DNA of 56,158 bases from contig NMRA01000036.1 of NCBI GenBank assembly GCA_002633005.1, positions 1,042,911 to 1,099,068 on the forward strand, read 5' to 3'. This document shows positions 24,201 to 36,200 of this stretch, in pieces. The notes below the pieces were generated by a model. The model saw only the letters and a program-made list of their open reading frames with translations. It was not told the origin of the DNA and made no database searches. Position 1 is the stretch's first letter; the number at the start of each line of letters is the position of its first letter. Source of the DNA: Phoronis australis (Eukaryota > Animalia > Phoronida). Made by a program: the position numbers and the translations under genes.

Positions 24201-27200
24201 TAAAGGATCACATTCTTCAGTTTTCATGCGCCCGTGATCTTAATATTGGCGATATGTTCAAACCACTGTTTATGTTGTTCCTAAAATAAACTTGGGTTCT
24301 ATTGCTGTACCAACATATTAAGAAATTATACAACTGAAATAAACAATAATTATCTGTGGTAAGGCGCAATATACAGTGTGATGAAGTGATAATCAAGAGC
24401 AATAACGGATGAGCGCAAGTGCGTGCTGCCTGTTGAGCATTCCGCGGCATGAAAACACTTGAGGTCGTAAAACATCAAGCGTTGTTTCATGATTTTTATG
24501 CAATTTTACTGTAAAATTTCAAATTTGTTGCATGTTTTTATGCATAATGTACAGTATAAAAAGTCTCATATTTAGAGTTAGAAATTATGCTTCAGCGATT
24601 ACTTAACGTTTAATTTTACCACGCCGTCATTAATTCAACATAAAGTTTATGTTGGTATAATGTCACGCACTTCATTTTTGTAGGTTGATTCGATTTTACC
24701 TCCTTTCAATAGTTAAACAAAAGTTGATAAACCGATGTCAAGACCGGAGTTGCCACTGGTGAACGAACAGCGAACAGTTCAACGTTTGTTTGGCCAAAGT
24801 TCACCGCTAAGTCATAAAATGGTAATTGCCGACCAAGGACATGCTTAATCCGAATTGGTCGTCTACGCTAGGCGACCACTTTGATGACCCAAGTGCCGAC
24901 CGCAGAGCCGACTCAGCAGACGGCTCCTGGCCGACAATTGTTGGTCAGCTGCTGGTCGGCTAGACGACTGGTCGACCAATTTCCGACAGGGCCGATAAAA
25001 ATTCGCAATGTGTGCTGTAGCTGTATGAAGACTTTAGTCTAAATCCAAATTCGTTTTATCGTGTTCTTGTCAATAAAGTTTGTTCGCTGTACGTCAGGAA
25101 AATATCGACAATACTTCCCGTGGATCCCGTGTTTTGTATTCATACGCGCACTCACAGTGAATGAATGAAAACAATGAAATTAAACAATGTTGTTTTAGAG
25201 CTTGTAATAGCTATAGTAAACTTATTTTGAATATTACAATGCATATGTCATCAAAAACTAAATAATACACCGAGTAGGTCTACATTTATACTGTCCTAAC
25301 TTGGGTCCTATATTTTTCTATTCGTGTGCACCGAGTGAAAGTATTCATGAGTGTTGCTTTTTGCAAAATCTCTCATCCTAGGCCGATTTGAAAAATTCAA
25401 AGTTGTACCATCATTTTTTCACTCCTCTTTTCAAATATACACTCAAAACTACGTAAAACGCTCTCCAGAAAAAGTACGGTCATCTAGGCTAGATTGTAAT
25501 CAGCTGACAGTATACGCATGAGCGAAACCAATTATCCTCGCTCGTGACTCGATGAATAGAGCAGCTAGGCGGGATCCCTTTGATCTTGAGCTGAGCGCGA
25601 CACAGCCAAGGTGGATAAATACGGTCTATTCCAATCTGCCAAACCCCAGTTTTCCCTGATCAGTAGGGTTTGATGTCACCTCATTTCAGTAGTGGGAATG
25701 TTTATGGCATGTCACTCTCTATTGTTGTGAGAATAATTCATCTTGTCAATATTATCACCACGGTAAAATGTCTCTACACCATAACTAGGGATCTGTACTT
25801 TTACTTTACAGATGATATAAAAAAAACTCGATTTCCCCCTAAAAGTAATTGTCAGAAACCCAACACAGAGCCAAACACAACAGCCTATTGTCATTGCCAG
25901 AATGGGCTGATAATTAAATTGAAGAAAACAGGTCAACACACATGCACACATACACGCAAACAAACGAACAGTAAATTTGTGACAGCAAGCTATAGCTCTT
26001 TACTGATGAGGCAAGAATAGATAACTTTTTGTCTAAATAAAAAAGAATGAGAAACACGTTCTTCTTACCCTTTCCAGTATGTCCAGCAGATCGAGACACT
26101 TCTGAGAGGCACAAGACTGTGCCAAGTCCACTATGATCTGAACGGCTGTTGTTCTCACCATTACATCATTGTCATGGTCAATGTGCGTCAACTGAGGCAA
26201 GACAACTAGTTCGATGAGCTCATCCTACAATGATGTTTAACGAGTCAATATACCACCTGGCCCACAACAAATTGCAACAAAAGTTTTTACAGTGGTTTTA
26301 CGCTCTACTGTGTATTCGTATTAACAGGAAAAAGTCTACCATAATCTGACCACCAGAAATGGGTTAATACTGCGTCATTTCCAAGATGGCCACCGTGACG
26401 TTTCAAAATCACCAAAAATATATAAAACTTCTTCAATAATTGCGATCTAGAGACATAATTTTTGCTTCTAGTGTATGGTCTTAAGGGGTGAGCAACTCAC
26501 TGGTGTGCTTGAAATTGAGATATGATTAGTATTTGATATTTAATTCAAGATGACTGCTAAAACTCGGGAGCGAAAAATCACTATTTGTCCTTTAATTCGG
26601 GTGGTCAAAAACAACCGTTCGAATTTTGACTTTCATTTTTTCGAAAAACATTCATTGAAATTGCATAAAATTTTGCACATATGAATATCAATCCATTGTC
26701 AGTACACCATAAAAAACATAATACACTGTGTTTTCGTCCCAGGACAGCAAAGACATGACGGTGTTCTGTCGTTCAGCAACTTCTCCAGACGTGAGGGTGC
26801 TGAACGTGCGATAACATCTGACTCCTTTGTTAACAGCCCAGCTGAGTCGTTTGTCCCATAGGACAACAAGCAGGCCAATTATCTCCCAGGCTTCAAAAGG
26901 TTACTGAAACCTGGCAGAATGGATTGTCTTAATTTCTGTTGTAGTTAGGCGATTTTGGCGATTCGAAGCTAAATATGATCAGCATTTGAGAAGGAATTCA
27001 GAAATGCGATTGGTTTATGTTCAAATACGTTTAACTTAACTTTCATTTTTAGCACCACAGCCCAATCAGGCTAGATACGTTCTGATCGGAGATTAGAGCA
27101 ATTATCGAACAAAAGAGAGCTGGCCCTCCAACCATAAATGTCAGAATGGCGTTAATGAGTCGTGTAAGATATTGGCTACAGGGGTGATCTTCCCAACTTG

Positions 27201-30200
27201 TTATTGGGCTGTAGAATCGAACAAGTTGGGATCAACGGGAAAACGCCGTAATGTACTTTGTAACTCAAAAAGTCAATACCAAATTAGACTACAGCAATAT
27301 ACAAAGTGTCGTCATCAAGGATGGTGACACTTGACAATCAATTTACTCAGATGTATATTTTCAAAGGGTTGTGTCTTGAAAATGTTTTGTCAGTTGGGTG
27401 CTACATTTTGCGAAGTAAAGATGGTGTTTTCAAGTGCTGAGAACGAGTTAATGGGGGTTAATTACAACATGTTTTACGCAAAGTCCTGATTGCAATCGAA
27501 TCCACTAACAAAAAATGTGTACCAAGGTATAGGTTGTACTATGCTCAATAACCTGCAAAACTTCTTTACTTAAANCTAGGGTCAAAGGCTGAAATTAGTC
27601 AAGACATCATCTGTCGATACCTCCATAGGAACACATCTGCCAAATTTCCCTTCAAGTTCTTGAAAAGGGTTAAGTACATACAGAAAAAGAAACAAAATCT
27701 TCACTAGGGGGTGCCAGGGTAGTTGAACACGTCTGAAAATAAACATCAACTTGAATTGGTCATTAGAGACACACCAGTCAATTTTCATAATCATCCTTCA
27801 TGAACTTTGGCAGACAGAAAGGCAGATGCCAAAAACGGATTTAAAAACTTTAAATATGGCCACTATGTCACAGAATCGACAAATCCATCTGAAAATATAC
27901 AGATGTCGTAGTCTTCAAAATAGAAACCTATCTGACAAAATTTCATGAATATCCATCAAAGACTTACGAAGATACAGAGGCAATAATAAAAACTAAAATA
28001 GCCACTTAGGGACACAGCAGTACTCAGATCAGTCTGAAATTCATCACCATCCGTCGTCAGCTTCATGCAAGGGTTTAGTAGATACAGCTATGGACATTGG
28101 ACACCCACAGAGATGACAGCAGTATCCACCCACATATAAATATGTCGGCCAATAAAAATCAACAAAAACATCAAGTCTATATATCAACAGAAAAACCAGT
28201 AAAACTAGGCCAAAAGCAGAATGTCTCTATCAGCCCTTGTCCACAGCACAAGGCATGGTCACAACAGTCCTGTCAAACATGTCAACACAATCAGTGCACA
28301 AGTGAGTGAACACAACTATTTGAGTGGCAAAAATACTACGCATCAACAAATGCACATCCAAACTCTACTCACACCATAAGTCACGACTGAAACATGGCCA
28401 ATAAGGTGGGTAGTTGAGAAACTCCATCATTAGCAATTGTAACACTAGTCCATTGTTTCACCACCTTACACATACTACGGAAATTCCTCCGCGTATATGT
28501 TCATGCTATGAAACAAGCCATTACAACAGAACAGCAATCACACAGCAAGTCAATGGTTAATGCTCTCAACCATTCGACTTAATCAAACCTCAAGAACACG
28601 CACTTCAAAAATCAGTAGAATGTTATAGATCTGAGCGCAAGATCTTATCTCAGATTTCTTGCATGTTTTTATGCATAATGTACAGTACAAAAAGTCTCAT
28701 ATTTAGAGTTAGAAATTATGCTTCAGCGATATTACTTAACGTTTAATTTTACCACGCCGTCATTAATTCAACATAAAGTTTACGTTGGTTTAATGTCACG
28801 CACTTCATTTTTGTAGGTTGATTTGATTTTACCTCCTTTCAATAGTTAAACAAAAGTTGATAAACCGATGTCAAGACCGGAGTTGCCACTAGTGAATGAA
28901 CGGCGAACAGTTAAATGTTTGTTTGCCCAAAGTTCACCGCTAAGTCATAAAATGGCAATTGCCGACCAAGGACACGCTTAATCCGAATTGTTCGTCTACG
29001 CTAGGCGACCGCTTTGACAACCCAAGTGCCGACCGCAGAGCCGACTCAGCAGACGGCTCCTAGCCGACCATTGTTGGTCGGCTGCTGGTCGGCTGGACGA
29101 CCGGTCGACCAATTTACGACAGGGCGGACAAAAATTCGTAATTTGTGCTGATAGCTGTATGAAGACTTTAGTCTAAATCCAAATTCTTTTTATCATGTTC
29201 TTGTCAATAAAGTTTGTTCGCTGTAAGTCAGGAAAATATCAACAATACTTCCCGTGGATCCCGTGTTTTGTATTTATACGCACACTCACAGTGAATGAAT
29301 GAAAACAATGAAATTAAACAATGTTGCTTTAGAGCTTGTAATAGCTATCGTAAACTTATTTTGAATATTACAATGCATATGTCTTCAAAAACTAAATAAT
29401 ACACCAAGTAGGTCTACATTTATACTGTCATAACTTGGGTCCTATATTTTTCTATTCGTGTGCACCGAGTGAAAGTATTCATGAGTGTTGCTTTTTGCAA
29501 AATCTCTCATCCTAGGCCGATTTGAAAAATCCAAAGTTGTACTATCATTTTTTCGCTCCTCTTTTCAAATATTACACTCAAAACTACTTAAAACGCTCTC
29601 CAGAAAAAGTACGGTCATCTTGGCTAGATTGTAATCAGCTCACAGTATACGCATGAGCGAAACCAATTAGCCTGGCTCGTGACTCGATGAATAGAGCAGC
29701 TAAGCGGGATCCCTTTGATCGTGAGCTGAGCATGACAAAGCCAAGGTGGATAAATATGGTCTACTTCAATCTGCCAAACCCCAGTTTTTTCTGATCAGTA
29801 GGGTTTGACGTCGCCTCATTTAGTGGGAATGTTTATGGCATGTCACTCTCTATTGTGAGAATAATTCATCTCGTCAATATTATCAACATGGTAAAATGTC
29901 TCTACACCATAACTAGGGATCTGTACTTTTACTACAGATGATATAAAAAAACTGTTGATTTCCCCCCTAAAAGTAATTGTCAGAAACCCAACACAGAGCC
30001 AAACACAACAGCCTACGGGATCATTGTCATTGCCAGAATGGGCGGATTATTCAATTTAAGAAAACAGGGCAACACACAAGCACGCATGCACACAAACACA
30101 CGAACAGTAAATTTGTGACAGCAAGCTATAGCTCTTTACTGATGAGGCAAGAATAGATAATTTTTTGTCTAAATAAAAAAGAATGAGAAACACATTCTTC

Positions 30201-33200
30201 TTACCCTTTCCAGTATGTCCAGCAGATCGAGACACTTCTGAGAGGCACAAGACTGTGCCAAGTCCACTATGATCTGAACGGCTGTTGTTCTCACCATTAC
30301 ATCATTGTCATGGTCAATGTGCGTCAACTGAGGCAAGACAACTAGTTCGATGAGCTCATCCTACAATGATGTTTAACGAGTCAATATACCACCTGGCCCA
30401 CAACAAATTGCAACAAAAGTTTTTACAGTGGTTTTACGCTCTACTGTGTATTCGTATTAACAGGAAAAAGTCTACCATAATCTGACCACCAGAAATGGGT
30501 TAATACTGCGTCATTTCCAAGATGGCCACCGTGACGTTTCAAAATCACCAAAAATATATAAAACTTCTTCAATAATTGCGATCTAGAGACATAATTTTTG
30601 CTTCTAGTGTATGGTCTTAAGGGGTGAGCAACTCACTGGTGTGCTTGAAATTGAGATATGATTAGTATTTGATATTTAATTCAAGATGACTGCTAAAACT
30701 CGGGAGCGAAAAATCACTATTTGTCCTTTAATTCGGGTGGTCAAAAACAACCGTTCGAATTTTGACTTTCATTTTTTCGAAAAACATTCATTGAAATTGC
30801 ATAAAATTTTGCACATATGAATATCAATCCATTGTCAGTACACCATAAAAAACATAATACACTGTGTTTTCGTCCCAGGACAGCAAAGACATGACGGTGT
30901 TCTGTCGTTCAGCAACTTCTCCAGACGTGAGGGTGCTGAACGTGCGATAACATCTGACTCCTTTGTTAACAGCCCAGCTGAGTCGTTTGTCCCATAGGAC
31001 AACAAGCAGGCCAATTATCTCCCAGGCTTCAAAAGGTTACTGAAACCTGGCAGAATGGATTGTCTTAATTTCTGTTGTAGTTAGGCGATTTTGGCGATTC
31101 GAAGCTAAATATGATCAGCATTTGAGAAGGAATTCAGAAATGCGATTGGTTTATGTTCAAATACGTTTAACTTAACTTTCATTTTTAGCACCACAGCCCA
31201 ATCAGGCTAGATACGTTCTGATCGGAGATTAGAGCAATTATCGAACAAAAGAGAGCTGGCCCTCCAACCATAAATGCCAGAATGGCGTTAATCAGTCGTG
31301 TAAGATATTGGCTACAGGGGTGATCTTCCCAACTTGTTATTGAGCTGTAGAATCGAACAAGTTGGGATCAACGGGAAAACGCCGTAATGTACTTTGTAAC
31401 TCAAAAAGTCAATACCAAATTAGACTACATCATTATACAAAGTGTCATCATCAAGGATTGGGACACTTGACAATCAATTTACTCAGGTGTATATTTTCAA
31501 AGGGTTGTGTCTTGAAAATGTTTTGTCAGTTGGGTGCTACATTTTGCGAAGTAAAGATGGTGTTTTCAAGTGCTGAGAACGAGTTAATGGGGGTTAATTA
31601 CAACATGTTTTACGCAAAGTCCTGATTGCAATCGAATCCACTAACAAAAAATGTGTACCAAGGTATAGGTTGTACTATGCTCAATAACCTGCAAAACTTC
31701 TTTACTTAAAAGACATCTGTCAGTATCAAGATGACTGAACACCAGGTGCCAGTAAAGTATTTATTCGTCAATCTGATGCATGAACAATTAGGTTACATTT
31801 TCATTACACGTACTGCCCCCGTTCAACCCTCGCCAGTGTCTTCAAGTTATTCAGAAACTTGATTTAGTGGACTGTCAGAATATGGCACTAGGCACAATCA
31901 ATACGTAGATGTACATGCAAGCCCATTCAACTGCAACGGGGCGTACTACAAGCTGTGGTAAAGTTGCAGTTTATCATCTTCAGGAGTGTCTGGTGCAGCA
32001 TTCATGGCGGTTATCATGAGTATGAATTGATTGTCTTCTAGTCTCCAGTCCCAGTCTACAGGATCCAGGTCATTTGCCATCCTCAACCAAACAATGACCT
32101 GGCAGTACACTCAAGACAATGGAACCTTGTAAACACATGCCCTGTCCAGCAAACATTGCGACCATCACTTGGCTGCCAAGTTTCTTTATCTCTGAGGGGC
32201 TCACAACTTTCGTGGTGAGTGTGTCTGCGCAACAATGGAGGGCTTGGTCATCTTTCACGAGTTTCTGATAGACTGATTTTTCCGACGCCATATACATGAG
32301 ACGTTGAGTCACATCCTGTGAATAGTAGCTAGCTACAAATGTTAATCCTGAGCACATACTTCATCCAATTTATGTTGTAAACTTTCAGATTGGTTCTTGA
32401 CTGGTTGTCTGATCTTAAAAATTTGTGGTTTCAGTCATAGATTATTGGAGGATAAGCATCAACAGGTCAATGTCCTCGCCTATTACTGTAGTGGAATACA
32501 TATTTTACAGTTTACTACTGTCTTTGCAATGTCCACACCAGCTGCCCCCTTCTGCCTGAACGGCTGTGCATCCCACTTTCTGCAGTTGGTCACTTATAAA
32601 AGCGATCGTTTGTTGCTTGTTACTGCCGGTGGATAGGAATGCATCTCTCTCAACCATCAAATTCCGTTTCTCCAGTGAAGTTCACAATCAGATAGCTACT
32701 GGCCTGTCTCCGTCTCTGCTGAGTGCTATTCTTGATCAAAGTACCTGCACCATAGCCATAAAAGACAACAGTGGCTGCCTCATAGTGCTTTGCCGTGAAG
32801 TCACCATGTGCTTCGGCAATTTTTCCATACGTATCTCCCTTCTTCCATTTGAGCTTGTGAAGCAAAGATTCCCCATCAAGCACATACCTTTCAGTCTGGA
32901 GACGATTTGAAGGTGTGGAGTTTGGAGCTCCATCACGTGGGCCTTGGAACAGCTGTTATAAAAGACATGAGCCAGTTGAGGTTTGTTAGCCTTCCTCAAG
33001 ATCAGGTTATCTTCAAAGAGGGATGGTGGATATGGACTGAGCTTGAAACTCACAACTTCCTGCCAAGAGACAAGTCATCTGAACAGGGTACCACCAGGAA
33101 TCACTGGAAGAGTAAGCTAGGACCAACCTGGACAGCAGCTGCGTTTCCCAGGGTCTTAGCTTCCTCTATCCTCCTAAAAGAGAAAGAAAACACAGGTTGT

Positions 33201-36200
33201 TGAACCATTCTCTCGACGATTTTTTCCCAACACATTCATATCCATGCACGTTGATGAGTACGTTGGCAACATCACAACTGATGACATTGCGTTGTGTAGT
33301 CTGAGGAGAAGGGTGACAATGCAGCCAGCTTTGTGCTTATCTTCACAAGGTCGCATGCATCTCTTTCAATTCTGGCACCAGTTACTTCTTTGTGTTGTTC
33401 GCTTGTTGTGTTCGTGAGGTCATCGAAGTCCAACAAGGTGATGCTCACCTCTGACGTTACGGGTATCGACATTGTCCACAATACTCGCTGCTGCTCTGCC
33501 ATCTTACTGCCATGAGTCAAGCTGCCTGCGCTTTTTACCGATCGCATTTAGTTGTTATTTGTTCAATGGCTAGACCGCAGCTGACGCCTGTCCAAAACTG
33601 GTTTGTTTGCCCAATCACTTGAAAGCCATTTTTGAAACTTCGCATACACATGTGGCTGTTTGCTCTCCCTAACAGCCATTTCTTGTATGTAGAGGTAAGC
33701 ATATTTCAGGTAGTTGTGGTGTCCAGCTGCAGCAAATGTTAGCAAGGCATCACCAACAGCTTGCAAGTGATCATTCCCAGACCGAGTGTGATCTGCCTTG
33801 ATCATTGCCTGAGCAGTATAGAGCATCTTCAGAGCAGTCACACCTGACTTGTTTTGGACTGTGTACTATAGTTCCAGATTGTCGAATTAGCACAATTGCG
33901 GCGGATTGTGGGGCACTTCAGACTGATGTTGACATTTTGCCCTGAGCTTCTAGTTTCCTTGTGTGGATTTTTTTTAAAAAACCAGTGGCAAACAAAATTA
34001 CACTACACAAATAGACAAATAAAAATCTAAATGTTTTAAGATCATTCAATAAGAACCAGTCACATTTAATGATACTTTCGTTATAGGGGATATTAAATAA
34101 TGGACAAATCAGTGATAATTCGTTCTTGAATTTTAGCCACCTTGAATTTCATGTCTACTAATGATCATGTCTTAATTTAACCACACCAGTGAGTTTCTCA
34201 CCCCTTAAAACGATAGACTAGAACCAAAAATTATGTCCATATCACAATTAATAAAGACGTTATATCTATTTTTAATGATTTCGACACGTCGTAGCGGCCA
34301 TCTTGGAAATGACGCAGTTTTAACCCATTTCCGCTGCTCAGATTTTGGTAGACTTTTTTCCTGTTCATAAGTATACCCAGTAGAGGATAAAACCACATTT
34401 AGCAACTTCATATGAAGTCGGCAATTGGTTACTAGTTTAAATTATTACTGACTTGCAGTGTTTATAGAGAACTCCGGGTAGTTTGCACTCAGCCGTTTGT
34501 GCAGAACGGTAACGCAACAATAACGAAAATACCGTAAGCTACGATCTCCCGAAGGGTCTGAAATCTAGCCACGCAGTTTTAAGTTTCCCGTCCGTAGGAG
34601 AGTTAGCTCAACGCAAAACCGGTCTGCCGCATGTGGACACGTTAGCTCAACGTTTATTTACTTAAAGCCGACCTTGAGAGAGTAACAGTAGTTTTTAAAG
34701 ATCTCCGAACTTTGCATTCCTACAGAACGGTAATGCAACAAATCTCTCTTGCAGCTTAAATCAGATCACGCACATCTCCCGTTTGTCGCCTGCACAGAAA
34801 TTAAGAACGTATTAAGAAGCCAACATTTNNNNNNNNNNNNNNNNNNNNNNNNNNNNNNNNNNNNNNNNNNNNNNNNNNNNNNNNNNNNNNNNNNNNNNNN
34901 NNNNNNNNNNNNNNNNNNNNNNNNNNNNNNNNNNNNNNNNNNNNNNNNNNNNNNNNNNNNNNNNNNNNNNNNNNNNNNNNNNNNNNNNNNNNNNNNNNNN
35001 NNNNNNNNNNNNNNNNNNNNNNNNNNNNNNNNNNNNNNNNNNNNNNNNNNNNNNNNNNNNNNNNNNNNNNNNNNNNNNNNNNNNNNNNNNNNNNNNNNNN
35101 NNNNNNNNNNNNNNNNNNNNNNNNNNNNNNNNNNNNNNNNNNNNNNNNNNNNNNNNNNNNNNNNNNNNNNNNNNNNNNNNNNNNNNNNNNNNTTTTCAGA
35201 AGAAAAATGCACCTAATGACCCCATGTTTGCACTAAATGACCTGAAACTTTGGATTCCGATTTGATTTACCTGTGGCAATCAGACCTGTCAATTTGAAGT
35301 GTCTAGCTCAAAATTTTAGTTAGCACCTAATGACCTTTGACCTATTTCACCTGATTGGATGACCCGATTACTTAGAAAAGTAATTTTTTAAATTGTCATG
35401 TTGACTTATACCTGTGCACCGAATTTGAAAAAGATAGCTTTAAAACTGAAGGAGGAGTAGCATTTTGAAAATTATATGACCTTTGCACCAAACGACCTCT
35501 TCCGGTGCAAAATGGAATATGATTAAATAACTAATCAAAATTTATATACTGTCAAAAGTCATATGCTGAATTGAAAGACCGTACCTGCACTCAATTTGGA
35601 TCTATTAAGCCTCAAAGTTGGTCGGAAGAAGAATAAGAATAAGAATAAGAATAACAAGAATAAAATTGAAGAAAACCCAGGAACAACAGTACTCTGCGCT
35701 TACACGCGCAGAGTAATAAGAACATTTGTCAGTGCCACAATGGTTTTAGGTGAACCTCACTGTTCACAATTTAAACATCTCAATGCCTTTATCAGCCAGG
35801 GTTCGACATAACGACCGAGTCAACATAATTCGACCTGAAATTGAACTAAATCAACTTGGCCATCGAGCAGTTTTGGACATGGGAAATGCAGTTGCCTTAC
35901 CATATTGAAATGGTGCAAACTCTCAAGATCAAAAATTGAGTGAAGCGTTTCAAATGGGGCGGTGATATGTCCCGCTTCCCTCACACTTAAACAATAACAA
36001 ACCTGAAGTATTTCTCCATCAGTTGGTACAGATATGCCAACCAGTTCTCCTCTGATGGGTGAATAGACTGAGCCCTGTAGGACACCAGTACCAGCACTGA
36101 TGATTCCTGCCACACAAAACTAAATTTCAAACACATGGCATAAAAAATACAGTTCCTGGTTGTGAAAGGAACAGAATGGCAAAAATCAGTAGTAACAATT

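Larger units (their letters stand above)
19150..31710. repeat. Large tandem duplication across a single N (27575): 19150-27574 vs 27576-31710, differing by a 4.28-kb indel
   Basis: 19150-20246 matches 27576-28657 and 24527-27574 matches 28658-31710. Bases 20247-24526 are absent from the second copy. Confidence 0.9.

Noticed and set aside
34407-34488. Possible missing 82-nt TSC2 exon ending TAT GAA|GT
   Set aside because: In-frame stop, no AG acceptor, and it overlaps the transposon TIR.
34749-35216. Long ORFs spanning 34.7-35.2 kb
   Set aside because: Artefacts of the N run.
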